From: Chrysomallon squamiferum
Lineage: Eukaryota; Animalia; Mollusca
DNA: 64,000 bases
NCBI GenBank assembly: GCA_012295275.1
Contig: CM022679.1
Coordinates: forward strand, 23,560,001-23,624,000
Direction of reading: 5' to 3'
Shown here: piece by piece, positions 41,255-57,026 of the stretch
Layout: each line of letters begins with the position of its first letter
Numbering within the stretch: position 1 is the first letter of the stretch
Position numbers and translations under genes: made by a program
The notes under the pieces: model-generated
Told to the model about the DNA's origin: nothing
Seen by the model: only the letters and a program-made list of their open reading frames with translations
Database searches by the model: none

Positions 41255-41679
41255 TGGTCTGAGATCTTTTATTGATCACCTCTGATCTCCTATGGCTTTT
41301 TTTCTGAAAAAATCTAGCAAGGAAAACAAACCAGGCAACTGTCGTCTAGCGAATATCTCATGACGTCACGTCTTCAGATCACGACCTATCAAAACACAAT
41401 CACAAGGTCGTGACCCCAGAAGACAGCTAATCTATTTCATTAAAGTGTCTTTGTATTCCGCCTTTGAGCGCGCCACAATCACGACTGACCCACGTAAAAG
41501 TAAACAAAGAGCATCTGTAATTTCCCTACTGGCAGGTTTGATAAGAATACATGTAGACATGCCGCTTGCACAAACACATACATTTAATCCTCTTTTTATT
41601 AACTTTAAAAAATAAAAATGATAGTTAAGAAGAGAAGATTTTTGGTGTAATTATGGTGGAATGAATAGGTTTTCTGTAA

Positions 41680-41734
<55 letters not shown>

Positions 41735-42227
41735 TGATGATAATGATGACGAAAGAATCTTTTTTGTTATTTTATTTTATTTTCCTTTTCTTTTTTCTCG
41801 AATACAATAATATAATCGAATAAACAAACGTTGTTACGTTCAGTGACAATGAAATGACGTAACGTCACTGTTTGCCTCGTGCACTCTGGTACACGTATAA
41901 AACTGCCATTGACGTGGAGGTATGTTCTGGTCTTGGTTCAGTTTCCGATTGCTGATCCGTTTAATACAGAGAATGCACATTTCTGCCGTTGGTTACCGAG
42001 CTCCAATATGGCTGATGTTCAGGCAGGCGAGAATTTATAATGATTTAATGCCAAGCGGAACCCCTATCTACTCAACATATTTCAAGGTGGAATGATGTAA
42101 AGGTAACAGTCATGTTTAAGCATTTAAGCCTCTAAACTAATACACTGTTCTTGTAACTTAGATAAATAGAAACACTTTATAAACTTAACTAATACAACTT
42201 TCTTTTCTCTGGTGTTTCAGTATCATA

Positions 42228-42306
<79 letters not shown>

Positions 42307-43818
42307 CAACAACAACAACAAAAGAAAAAGCAACAACAGCAACAGCGACGTAAACAACAACAACAACAACAATTGTAATAATAAAATTATTTTTGTAATG
42401 TTTCAGCAAACTGTATGTAAGACTGTATTCAACGTCCATCTACGGGACCTTTAACATATACACACACATGCACACACACATATACATATTACAAACACAC
42501 ATGCTTCACACTCTAAACGTATTCATACCACAAACACATATATACTATATACAAACACATATATTATACAAAAAAACCCACATAATTACATGCTCTACAT
42601 GCACACAACACAATACAATTTTTTTTTGTTATCAAAGTTTAACATTCTTCTCCTCCATATAACCAAATGCTCACAAAAGCAGACCTAGATCATAAAACAT
42701 GAAATACATAGTCTGCACGATACGCACAGTATACATACCAAGTATATAGATAATATATACTACATGCTTGTGCAACTTATATGCGACTTACGCTATGCAC
42801 ATATGAAATATGTATATACAAGAATATAACATATAGTCTTTACACTACATGATCTATCTATCTATACACATACATACAATACAATACACAAATGTTTATA
42901 TATATACGTCTACATAAATACGTACATTCAATCAAAACATACATACATATGCATACATACAAACTTACATTACATACATAACATACACACATACATACAC
43001 TCATACATACACACATACATACACACACACCTACATATATACATACATACATACATACATATACACATACACACATACATACATACACTCACACATGATA
43101 TATATATGTTGTGTGTCTGACTTGTCTTACATAAACTAGTTTTATCCACATTAATCATAGGACCCATTGCAAACGTTCTTTAACCACTGGGTGTGTTGAC
43201 AAGTGAATGTTAAGTGCTAGTTAGTTGTTCACAGGTTCTATCACGTGTGACATGGCCAAAGCGGTCTCTCCTGAATGTTCTCTTGCATAACCTTGGCAAC
43301 CACGTCTTGTTCTTTTAATAGTTGCACGACGCAAACATTTACATGCTTCGACGACATTCATTCACAACAGTGACCCCGTTCAGACCGCGACGACAACGAC
43401 AAATAAACACGTGGATGCCAAGACGTCATCGACGACGTGTTTCTGGCAAACAGATGCAATATTCGGCTTGTTTGACCGAGTGGCTGTTTTAACGTGGCAG
43501 TTGTAGGTCATGTGGTAAAATATCGTCAGTACTCTGTCGCGTCTGCTTAATTATCTACGTTTATGGGTGTATGTGTGTGCGTGTGTACGTTAAATGTAAT
43601 TATCGATATATCTAATAACATTTCAAATAAAATGTGTTAACATTTATTCATTAAAAAAAAAGAAAAAAAAAAAGAAGAAAAACCAAACCATCTACTTCTT
43701 TTAGATCTTTTAAAAAACACAGAGCTGTAGGTTTTAATTTAGAAAAGTGTAGTATTAATGCATTTTATGCATAAAAACCAAAGTTTCACTGTTTATATTT
43801 TTGTTATTCTCTTCTGCC

Positions 43819-43862
<44 letters not shown>

Positions 43863-44289
43863 TTTTTTTTTTTTTTTTTTTTCCTTTTCCTTGGCTATAT
43901 TTCCTTGTCCACAAAGCTATCACAGAATTCCAACAATTTCCAGATCAGCACAGAATACTTCCCCCAACGCTTCCGCAAAGCAAGGAAAAAAAAAAAAACA
44001 CCTAGAAACCTATTTTTAATTTTCTATTATCTCTGAATGCCAGCTCCTACGCCTGTGTGAGCCGGAGGATAGGAGCAATCTTTACACGCTGTTATGCAGG
44101 GCTAGAAGGAATGTGTTTCTAACATGCACGTGTACATGCTTTCTCCCTGGACAGCGGTAACGGGCGCTGATTGTAGTGTTTCGCCGTGATATCGGCGAAG
44201 CTTGCCGAGAGGTTTGTGTTTAGAAGGTAAACATCCATAGGGGGTCCTCAACTTTGACCTTTCGTGGTGCGTCTTGAACACATGTGACG

Positions 44290-44344
<55 letters not shown>

Positions 44345-45225
44345 TGTGGTTTACACAGTTTTCACATACCTGCTGGTTATATGTAATGATATGTGTTGGG
44401 TGTGTATGTGTATGTGTTTTTTTTTTTTTTTTTTTTAAAATTTTATGTTTGAATTTATGTTTCTATGCATGCGTATCTTTCAGTCGTTGTTGCTGTAGTA
44501 ATACATTTCGTAGCTGTAAGAGAAGTAGTAATTGTAGTAGTAATCGTTGTTGTAGTAGTAGTAATAGTAATAATAGTAGTAGTAGTAGTAGTAGTAATAA
44601 TAGTAGTAGTGGTGTTAGTAGTATTAGGAGTAATAGTAATGGTGGTGGTAGTAGTGTTGGTATAGTAGTAGTAATAACGGTAACAATGGTAACAGCAGCA
44701 TAATAATAGTAGTAGTAGTAGTAGCAGCAACAGTAGCATTGGGCATCAATAACAGCAACAATAAAAAAAAAAAAAACACAACAACATCAATGACAGCAAC
44801 AGCAATATAACATCAGCTGTAATAATAATTAAAAATAGCTTAAATGCTGAAAAGGAAACTGAAATATATTACGCATCTAAGTTACTTCTATCACTGGTTT
44901 ACCTACACCTGTTACTCTGGACAGACTGAGTACAGATAAATCAATGTACACAAATAATTTGGGACATGCATACACTTATCTGTTACTTACATAAATAAGC
45001 TTCGATGCGGTCTTCAACATTATCTGTAACGAACTGGTGTTGTTTTCACATAGATAAATGTTTGAAAAATGTACCGTTATAATGAGAGTAATGAATTTAT
45101 TTATTTATTTAATTTTTATTGTTGTTATTGTTATTATTATTATAATCATCGTCATCTTTAGAATGAAAGGAAAAAAGAAAAAAAGAACATAAAAAATTAA
45201 AATTAAAATTAAAATTAAAATTAAA

Positions 45226-45269
<44 letters not shown>

Positions 45270-45480
45270 TATTATATTATTATTTTATTATTATTTTTAT
45301 TTATTTATTTATTTATTTTAAAATTATTTTATATATATAGTTTTGCCTCATTATTGCTGTTGTTATTAGTAATAGTATTTTTATTTATTAATTTAATTTA
45401 ATTTAATTTATACAGTTGCCTCATTATTATTGCTTGTATGTATGAATGTATCATTATTATTGTTGTTGTTGTTGTTGTTG

Positions 45481-45533
<53 letters not shown>

Positions 45534-46061
45534 GCTCCTGTTGTTGATGTTGTTGTGGCTGTCATAAGGAGAGAAACAAACCTACAAACAAAAACTTTCT
45601 CTTCCTCTTGATTACTGATAACCTGTCTGCACGAGACGTCGCACGTGATTAAACTAAATTTACCTATCTCTTGTTTCACAAATATCTACTGATAGAGCCT
45701 CCAACACTATTTGTACTTCGACTGCAAACTTGGGTTGTTTTACTTCGATTAAAAAAACCATTACGTTATTTAAGGAATGCGAGTCATAAAAAGTTTATTG
45801 TTGTTGGGTTTTGAGCACTGTACCTGGGAAACATTGCGAAAGAGGAGGAATAAATGGGATCTGCAAAGAAAGACGAGAGAAAAATAAAAGAAGAAAAAAA
45901 AGGGCAAAAGCACCAAAGAAGAATGATGAATATGATAAAAACAAAATCAGTGATTAAAAAAATGAATAAAAAAAATGCGTTTAAACGAGAATAATGTGAA
46001 GTAGGTTTTGTATAGAGAAAGAAAAAACAATCATATATAAATATAAAGATAAATACATTTT

Positions 46062-46133
<72 letters not shown>

Positions 46134-46504
46134 TGTGGATGATCATAATTACATTTCGCTAACAAAACAAAGGTGAGAAGGTTTGACTCCAGCGAACACT
46201 GAAAAAGAACAGCTGGGAATATTGTTTAATGTTTCAGTCACGTGGTAAGCATTTTATCGAAATGTCAACCCGAAAAAAGAAACGAAAGCAGACGTCTTGG
46301 CGCAATCGCAGACGCGAAGCAGGCAGTAATTGCTCTTTCAGTAGACTGGTGTCAGCATTCACAATTCATTCTCTGATTCATTCGTACACTTTTAAAATAA
46401 TATTTACTTTCGTATATCTGAATGTCCTAATCCGGCTGACATCTGGAACGACTTCTACGTACCATCTACCTAGCGTGTTCGACTGACAAGAGCGCGTGCC
46501 CTAA

Positions 46505-46522
46505 GCGCCACCAGAGGGCGTC
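46505..46522 (+). promoter_or_regulatory. Strong CTCF-consensus motif
   Basis: GCGCCACCAGAGGGCGTC matches the CCASYAGRKGGCRS core, in a GC-rich patch within an AT-rich background. Confidence 0.55.
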
Positions 46523-47265
46523 GCTGCGGGGTGTCACATTACGAGATTTGAAGCATGATGGGAAACGTGAAAGCGACTTTGTTTGACGTCTGCGAATATT
46601 AAATAGTATCATCTTTGCGCGCTGACTGAGATGTGAACTGTCATATTTCGTTGAAGATACTAGAAGTAAAGTGCTTTGATTGCTTTTGTTTTAAAACAAA
46701 CAGAAAAAAAAAAATATGTCAGTTTGTAGGAACAGTAGTAGTTTTCAATTACCCCAAATCTTTATGGTAGATAATTTAATTATATTCTCTAAGTTGCTTT
46801 TTATTTCCAGGTTCAGAATATAATTGAAAGCTGGTTTGTTTTCTTTCTTCTTTTTAACAGCCAAACGAACTATTCCACTAAAAACAGCAATATAAAAATA
46901 TACACAAAACAACAACAATGTACACACGTATAGGTACATACGTACAGACATAGATATACACACATAAAAAGATAGATACATATATTCCAGAAAACGATAT
47001 ATTCTCAAACATACTAAAATATTACAGTATGTATGTCTCTATCGCTTTCTTTAAGTATATAAATAATTTTTATTTATTTATTTATTTATTTTAATTTTTA
47101 ATGGGATCATATGTCAGCATATATAAAATCCGATAAACCATCAACATATGGTTACACCGTTGATCTGCCGCATGTACCTTATAGCACACACACACGCGCA
47201 CACACGCGCACACATTTCAAAACAATCTTGTCAAAATTAATAATAATAATATCCATCAACGCTTT

Positions 47266-47281
47266 CGCCACCAGAGGTCAG
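47266..47281 (+). promoter_or_regulatory. Second CTCF-like motif, same orientation
   Basis: CGCCACCAGAGGTCAG shares the 12-mer CGCCACCAGAGG with 46506-46517. Confidence 0.45.
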
Positions 47282-47579
47282 GTCGAGTACGTGCAGTCGT
47301 ATCATTCTGACACGGACCGGTGAGCGCGTGAGTCGGATGCGCAGGTGTAACGCAGGACAACCGTGAAAATCTTCAAAACGTAATGACATCCCGAGGCCCT
47401 CGTGTCACGGAGGTCACATTTTATGTTGTCGTTTTAACATGCTCCAGTGAAGATGACCAGCACGATAAAAGCGCGGTATTGATAACACGTGTGGCCAGTT
47501 TTGTAACGGTAAATTTCCACGCGTGGACGAGTTTAAGAGGTTTAAGGTGTGTGTGCGTGTGTCCACTTAACTGGGTCAG

Positions 47580-47639
<60 letters not shown>

Positions 47640-48160
47640 AGTGTGGTGGCGTGAAATATATGGGTATTTTTGTTTTAGTATTTTATGGGAGAGAACACCT
47701 TTTATATTTTCCATTAACTTTTATTTATTTATTTTTTTCTTCTCTGCATTAACCGACTTAATCGGCATAAAGAGATTAAACAAACTTTGAATAACAATAG
47801 GGTAAGGTAAATAAAGTCTTTCATTATATAATTATGTCAGGTGTTTAGGCTACAGCAAACCCTTTTGTTGCCTCTCCTGATATAATCGACTGCAAAATCT
47901 CTTTTATTTTAACTATAAATTTGTTTGTGTTTAGACACACACAGACACACACACACACAGACACACACACACACAGAAACACACACACACAGACACACAC
48001 ACACAAAACACACACACACACATACATGCACAAATATACACATACGTGTGTATGTATGTGTGTGTGATAAAAACCAATTGTCGTTGTATTTCTGTTGGCC
48101 TCCACTGACCGATGGTAAGTGATAGTTTATTTCACTGATGATAATGATGAAGGTTTTTTT

Positions 48161-48193
<33 letters not shown>

Positions 48194-48355
48194 TATTTTT
48201 CACTTTATAAATAATACATATTCCCTAACACAATCAACAATTACAAAACAAAGAAATAAACACAACGAAAAACACAAAACAAAAAATACAACAAAATACC
48301 CCAAAAATTAAATAAATAAAAACATAAAAAAACAAAACAAAGCAAAACAAAAGAA

Positions 48356-48389
<34 letters not shown>

Positions 48390-49049
48390 AACAAAAACAA
48401 CTAAACATAAAAAAATAAATAAATTAAAATAAAACAAAGGAAAACAAAACACAGTTAAGCGAAATGACATAAAGGAAAAGAAAGAAAGAAAGAAAAAGAA
48501 TGAAGGAAAATATCATTACTTTATGCTGAAATGAATTCTGTCGCGTTCATTTTAATTTATTACCACAATTACAGTTCAGCACGCAATCACAAAGCTTGAA
48601 TTTCAACCGTAGACAATTTAAATGCTGTTATTTCGAAAGAAAATGAATTGATGCAGTATGGCTCGACTCAAGTTCCATTCCCAGTAATAATCAAATTACG
48701 TCACACGCTATCATGACGTAACTTAACGCCTATCAGTAACTGAGGCACTTAAGGGGATCTGTTAACAAAAACATTTCATTCATTTATTTTTTCTTCTTCT
48801 TCTTCTTCTTCTTCTTCTTCTTCTTCTTCTTCTTCTTCTTCTTCTTCTTCTTCTAATAATACTAATACTACTACTACTACTACTACTAATAATAATAATA
48901 ACAACAATAATAATAATGTAGTAGTATAAACAGTACTTGTAGCGATAATATAATGATGATGATTAAAAATATATAATGTATAACCTGTGTATGCAGAGTA
49001 TATCGGTCCTATATATAAATGAAAATTGCGTTTGCTACTAAAAAGCTTT

Positions 49050-49132
49050 TAGCACGGGTGGGGTTCGAACCCACGCGGACATACATCCATTGGAACTTAA
49101 GTCCAACGCCTTAACCACTCGGCCACCGTGCT
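49050..49132 (-). tRNA. tRNA-Leu(UAA)
   Basis: Identical 83-nt sequence, unrelated flanks, T-run terminator. Confidence 0.97.
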
Positions 49133-49521
49133 GTGTGAAAAGGGAGTTGTAAAAACTAGGTTGAGTTACATGCTGCCAATAGAACTAATAACTTCATAAT
49201 TGTGTAACATCACGATAAAAGGCATATGTTAAGAGTCCATATATCCTCTAGAGATTAATGTGTTATTTATCATATTTTATTAGTAGTTAAGACTGGATTC
49301 TAAATAAAAAAAATAATAATAATAAAAATAAAAAAATAAAAAAATAAAAAATGAAACAAAAGTAATAATAATAATTACCTAAACCATAATGATGATCCTA
49401 ATAAACATAATGGTCACGATGAAGTACTACTACTGTCACGACTGTTATTGCTACCTCTTCTCCTATTCTTACTCCTTCTTCTACTGTTACTACTACTTTT
49501 CGACCTACTATTACCACCACT

Positions 49522-49552
<31 letters not shown>

Positions 49553-50991
49553 CTACTACTACTACTACATCATGTTTTCTACCATACCAATAACGCTGCT
49601 GCTGCTACCACCATTATTACTACTACTATCATCCTATTACTGCTACTACTATTATTATTAGAAACAAAGTTACTACAGACATAATGTTAATGACTTCACA
49701 AATATTTTATCTACAGCACAAAAAGTGGAATAGATAAGAACGTATACACACTAACTGATAGTGACAGCCATGATAAGACAAATATTTAACACGGAGCAAG
49801 AGGTCAACTTTTTGTCTTAGAAGAAGAAAGAAAGATAAAACAGAAAGAAAGAAAGGAAAAAAGAGAATAAAATGAGTGTATGATAAGATGATTATAATGA
49901 TCATCATATTGATGATAGTGATGACAATTGTTTTGTTTGTTGCTGTTTTTTGTGGGCTTTTTTTAATTGGTTTCTTAACAGATTTCAAAGCTATCCATTT
50001 GTCTGTCAGTCGGTCCATCTATCTATTTCGTTATCTGTCAGCTAGTTTATCTGTTTTTTTTTTTTATGTGGCTGTTTCTCTTTCTGTCTCTCTGTTTATC
50101 ATCCCGTGTGTGTCTGTCAGTATGTCTGTCTCTCTGTATGTCTATATATATATATATATTTCTATCACTTTTTGTCTGGGTGTCTTTTAGTCGATATATC
50201 TAGTTGTTATCATTCTTCGGTTTTCTTTTTATCTTTTCTTTTTTTCACTTTTTTATGTCTATGTTGTTCCGTCTGTCTTTACATCTACTGTGTTTTTCAT
50301 TCAAAATATAACGGTAAATTGCAAAGACAAATTATCAGTGGGTGTAAATTTATATACAGTATGTATGTTTGTATATACGTATGTATGTATAATGTGTGTA
50401 TATGTGTATGTATATAAGTATGTATAATCATCCCGTGTGTATGCATATATGTATATATATATGTATAATGTGTGTGTATGTATGTAAGTTATATGTTTGT
50501 ATATGTCTCTGTATATATTAAACGTGTTTGTGTGTATACATTTGTGTTTGTATACATATAAACAGATAAACTAATAAATAAATATACGTTATTTGTAACT
50601 TAGCATTTGTTTTAAAACTCGGGTACATGTAAAAGTTCTTGACAGCTGACAGTAAAAAACGCGGGATTTAAACCGTCGAGTTAAAAGACAATAGTACTTT
50701 ATTTTCCTGTTTATAAATATTCATTCTGTGTTCTCGTTATCGCGGTTTTCTTTTGATATCTCGGGCCACCCTCGGGCATCACCCGTTAAAGTTATTCATG
50801 TGTTCAAACAGCTTTTAGTAGACTCTCACTTCATGTTACTTAAAATAATAACATTATTATAGCAAATAATATATGTGTGTATATGGGTACATAAATAATA
50901 TATGTGTGTGTGTGTATACGTATATATGTATCTGTGTGCTTATTTGTGTTTGTGTTCGTAATGACACACAAACACACACACACATGTATAT

Positions 50992-51087
<96 letters not shown>

Positions 51088-51710
51088 AAAATGAAATCTG
51101 CTCTATTTCATATTTCTTGTCGGTTCCATGGTTTTCTTTTTCCATTGCAAATTGTTTCATTTATTAATAAATTTAAACATTTTAACAAAAACTGTACATC
51201 GATGTCTACATTTACTTGTTTAGAATGTTAAAATGTTCTAGAACTATTTCTATATCATAATTCACTTAGAACCGTGACGCTGTTTGATTTATACTGTGAA
51301 ATATTTTTGTGCACTCTTACAAGTTACTAAGATATCACTTCATTTCACATTCTTCATTAGAGCATTATCTTCAACTTATAAACATGTATACTGAAATCTT
51401 TTCTCCTACATCTATGTATCTTTTCCAAGCATGAATAATAATAATAACACTAGTAATAATAATAATAACAACAACAACAACAACAATAACAATAACAATA
51501 ATAATACATTTTATAAAGTGTTTTCTTTTCAGTCAAAATAGCAAAAGAAAGAAATCTTGATATATAACTTCACATTCACATATTAGCATATAATAAATTA
51601 TATAATTTTGTTATAGAACTCAGAAATAAAAATCGTTTTGAAATACTTTTACCCTAGTGTCCAAATTGTCATTGGAAACCTTATAGATAATTAAAAATAG
51701 CAAAAACATT

Positions 51711-51793
51711 TAGCACGGGTGGGGTTCGAACCCACGCGGACATACATCCATTGGAACTTAAGTCCAACGCCTTAACCACTCGGCCACCGTGCT
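51711..51793 (-). tRNA. tRNA-Leu(UAA)
   Basis: Identical 83-nt sequence, unrelated flanks, T-run terminator. Confidence 0.97.
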
Positions 51794-53348
51794 GCTGTAG
51801 ATCGAGTCTTCCAAAGTGTACATAGATTAAACTGCTGTTATAGAAACTATGACGCGATATCGCGAAGATGAAATTATTATTATTCATTTGTCGCGCTGTA
51901 AACGTTTTCTGATAACAAAAAACTGCATCTACAGCAAACAAAAACAGGCGTAAGCATAACGATAAATTGAATAACTAACAACAGCTGCTACAACACTTCG
52001 TACAATAGGGCGACTGCAGCATCAACAGCCAAAAAAGTAGAAAAAAATAAAAAAAATAAAAATTTGAACGTTAACGTGGATTTAAAAATACTTCTACGTA
52101 AAATATCAATTACGGTAAAATCATTAAAAATTTCCAGGAGTTTCTACTAGATTTCCAGAAAGATAGCGCCATAAATAATACATTCACAATGAAGCGAATT
52201 TCATAATGAAGAAGCAAAAAAAAAAAAAAAAAAAAATTCAGAACGTCTGTCGATAAATATATCTTATTATAAGCCGATGTATGCAAGGATTGGCAGTGCT
52301 TTTGGATTATATAAACCTGTTTATAATTCAAACATAATTTCTTGATGGTAAAGAGAACTTAACTGTGTCATTCAGTTTTCCCAGAATAATAGTGAAAAAT
52401 TAATAACAAAATTAAAATAATTATTCCTGCAATTTGGCTATGTTTACAATTGAATTAACTCCCTTTTATGTTACACAAACTTAAAAACAAACAATCAAAA
52501 AAAGATTATGTTTATAAAAATTCAAACAAAATAAAGAATTCATAAAACTTCTTCGTTATTGTAATTTGTTATGATGATTAATTAAGAAAATAATTTAATA
52601 ATTTGACAAAAGTGATTGAACATGTAAATCAACAAAACCTTTTAAAAAATATTCGTATTAAATTGAACGTTCAGTCACGTTTGTGCTGGATGTGCAAATT
52701 TTTGGATCTTATACCTAATTAACCAGACGAATAATCTTAGCATGAAAAAACTCCTACTAATTATTATTTTTATATTTTTATCATTAAAAATAATTATTTG
52801 TTTTAAACAGTGTAAGGATGTTAGCAAGTTAAGAGAAGGTAAATGGTATTATTACTTTCACATTTTATTCAGAAGCTGGTGTCTGTATGCGAGCCCGGAT
52901 CCTTCTGGTCTGAAAAGGTGATGGCTTATGCAAAAGAACTAGCTTATAAATCAGCCACATATTAACTTAATGCGTCTGTGAGCATTAGTAATACGCACAG
53001 TTATGATCCGAGAATATTCCCAAGTCTACCAAAGAGTTTTAACTATTAAAACAGCAGGAATATTCAGTAAGACACCTGACAATGTGAGGATATCGCATAT
53101 TACACGTATGGAATTAAGCACAGATTTGTCTGCACAGTGTAAAAATACCTCGTGCTTATTATCATAGCAAACCATGTAGTGATTAGCTGTCTCACTGGAA
53201 ATGTATTTTTACTGACTGACACAAACACCTGGAGACTCCTGTGTGTTCTTACTGATTTTTTAATTAGAGATAACTCAGTTCTGTGTGGTGACATTCTGTA
53301 CGGAACAGTAATAGAATAAATTAGATTTAGTGGTTTGTTCTCTCACGT

Positions 53349-53386
<38 letters not shown>

Positions 53387-53851
53387 ATATACATACAGAT
53401 ACACACACACACATATACAGATACATACACACATATATTCATACACATACACAAACATAGACACACACAGATATATACAGAGATACACACTCACATATAT
53501 ACACTCACAAATACACACACACATACATATACATAGATACACACACAAACACACACATATATATATATAACACAGATACATACATACACATACACATACA
53601 AACAGATATACACACAGATACACTAACACATATGTATACACACAGATACATACACAAACATACAGACACACAGATATATTACAAATACAAACATACACAC
53701 ACATATATACATACATAAATACACAGATACATACACGCACATACACACAGATATGTACATACATCTATGTATACACATATGCACTTGCACACAATTCATG
53801 TCATATACACAAACGCGCTCATCAACATTTTCTTACATGTCCACATGGATA

Positions 53852-53947
<96 letters not shown>

Positions 53948-54087
53948 TAAGTTAATATCACTCTCAGAGGCAGAATACAAAATTTTTTTCGATAAATAAT
54001 AGACTTACAAACTTCATTTTATTACAAATAAATAAATAAATAATAATAATAATAATCGATGACATAAATTTCATTCGTAAGAGAGAG

Positions 54088-54194
<107 letters not shown>

Positions 54195-54275
54195 AATAAT
54201 AAAAGATATCTGTCTGACTGATAATCCCAGTGTGTTTAAATATTATATTTCTGATACGTGTTTTCAGTGAGACTG

Positions 54276-54387
54276 CCCACTCACTGTTTCACTTCCCACC
54301 ACACTGTATGTCCTCCCACCATACTGTCTGCCCTCCCACCACACTGTATGCCCTCCCACCATACTGCATGCTCTCCCGCCATGCTGT
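54276..54387 (+). repeat. 20-bp minisatellite, about 5 copies
   Basis: Unit CCCACCAYACTGTATGYCCT repeated with period 20. Confidence 0.85.
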
Positions 54388-54771
54388 TATGGCAGATACA
54401 TACTGTATGGATGACATGTATCGAGATAAAACTACATTTCAGAAATCTATTAACGATGCCATTTGAGATGTTACCAGAAAGAGAGAGAGAGAGAAAGAGA
54501 AAGAGAGGGAGAGAGGGAGAGAGAGAGATAGAGAGAAGAAAGTATCGTGAAGAATTCGTAATAATTTATTTATTTGTTTATTAAGAACACATAATATCCA
54601 GACAAAAACCAAAGTAGTAAAACAATCAGCAGAAATTTCGAACTCTATATATATATGATTAGTAAGAATCGCAAAACCAGATATTTATTTTATTTTGCCT
54701 TTGTTTTGTTTGGTTTGTTTTAAATTTTATACATGAACATGAATTTTTATTCTTAACTTATTTTAACAGAA

Positions 54772-54821
<50 letters not shown>

Positions 54822-55201
54822 TATAATGATGATGATGATGATAATGTAAGAACGTTTGTCCGTGAAAATCTTCTTCTTCTTCTTCTTTTACAAATCTTCT
54901 TCTTATTATTATTATTATCATCATCATCATCATCAACAACATCATCATCGTCACCATACTCAGAAAAGAAGAAAACACAGGAGCCTTCGATAAATCGCTG
55001 GCCTTAAGGGGAAGTAACTCACTGGCCGCACTGAGAAGGATTTAACTCCGAGATCTCAGCGTGTCGTTCTGACTAATGAATTACAAGCCGCTTCAAGTCA
55101 TTAATTCAATTTCCATACTAAATTTTTGTTTCTTCTTTTTCCTTTTTCCTTTTATTTTAATGTAATTAAGGCATTGAGATTTTTAAAATGACTTTAAAAA
55201 G

Positions 55202-55238
<37 letters not shown>

Positions 55239-55897
55239 TAAGAGCTGAATCATCAGAGATGTTAATGCCAAATGTTACAAAATTCGTCTGTGCTCGAACT
55301 TTTTTTCTTTTTCGTCCTTTGTTTTTGAAATATGCGATTACGTGTTCCACGCCCGATGGGAAATAATTAAACCAGATGCAAATGTGTACATTAGCGCCAA
55401 ATATTCACACGAGCTCACGTGCGTTTCGTTTCGTCTTTGTCTCTCCAGAGGCAGACGTAACCTCTTAAACGCGCGGGAAATGCCGCGCCTTCTGCTTGCC
55501 ACGGTTTCAGACTTGCATGTTTGTTCCAGACGATTTGCAATGACATTTTAACAACGGATTTGTCTCTGAACTGTAATATTAAAGTAAAAAAAGAGAGAGA
55601 GAGAGAAAAAAAAAATGACAAAAAAGAAAGTCAAAAGGAAAAAAAAAGAAAATAACTAAGCAACGAAGACATTCAAATTCTTTTTCCAAGAGTTCACTGC
55701 GATTGGTCCATATATGTATTCAAGATAATCTGTATTATTATTGTTTTCTTATTTATTCATTTAAAAGAGCTTATCAGTAGACAGAACAAATATATATTCA
55801 ACAAAATTTAACGTCGCATACAAATTTACACAACAGTTTTAGTCGCTTCTGCAATTTCATATCGGCATTTATTCCTGTAAAATAATACTAATACTAA

Positions 55898-55974
<77 letters not shown>

Positions 55975-56135
55975 ATAATAATAATAATAAATGACTGATC
56001 CAATGTCAACTTTATTTAAAAGAACCAAGGAAATAATATTCGTATTTACATCTTTGAGCATCATTACTACACCAACAAACGCGAAAACATTTACTGTATT
56101 TTGAAAAAAAGACAAGAAATTTTTATTTATTTATT

Positions 56136-56171
<36 letters not shown>

Positions 56172-56341
56172 TTTTTTTTTTAATAACTCCATAAAGAAAT
56201 GCACTTAAATATGTTTCTTTTTATTACTATTACGCATGTTTATGATGATGATGCATCATCATCATCATTAGTATTTATCATTCCATCATTAAATATTATT
56301 TACTTTATTCTAGATAAAATATTAACAAAATATATATATAT

Positions 56342-56387
<46 letters not shown>

Positions 56388-56702
56388 TGTATGTATGTAT
56401 GTATGTATGTATGTTATCTACTTTAACCCATTTTACTTCCGGGCACAGGGAGAATTTTTATCGACGTGATAAATCGTTTGACGTCAGTATTCCATAAAGA
56501 CTTGAAATATCACAAAGTGCAATATCATTTTATCTATTTGTCTGATTTTCCTTGTATCTATGTTCACGTGACAACAAGATTATCTAGTATGTTAGAAGTG
56601 TATTGATCTTGTTGTGAACTTCGCGTTCTCATTCTGTAACAGCCGTCAGCGGAGTGTACTGAGCGAAAAAAAGAACATCACCAGATTAATGCTGAAATAG
56701 AT

Positions 56703-56733
<31 letters not shown>

Positions 56734-56767
56734 TCTATCTATCTATTTATCTGTCTTTCTAGCTATC

Positions 56768-56813
<46 letters not shown>

Positions 56814-56968
56814 GTTATTAGTATTATTTTGTTTTGTTTTGTTTTGTTATTCATTGGCTATGTTTGTACGTATTTATTTATTTTGTCGTTTCATTCATTC
56901 ATTTTATTTTTCAGTTTTTGTTTAATTGCTTAGTTATCACAAGTACAATAATAACAATAATAATAATA

Positions 56969-57026
<58 letters not shown>

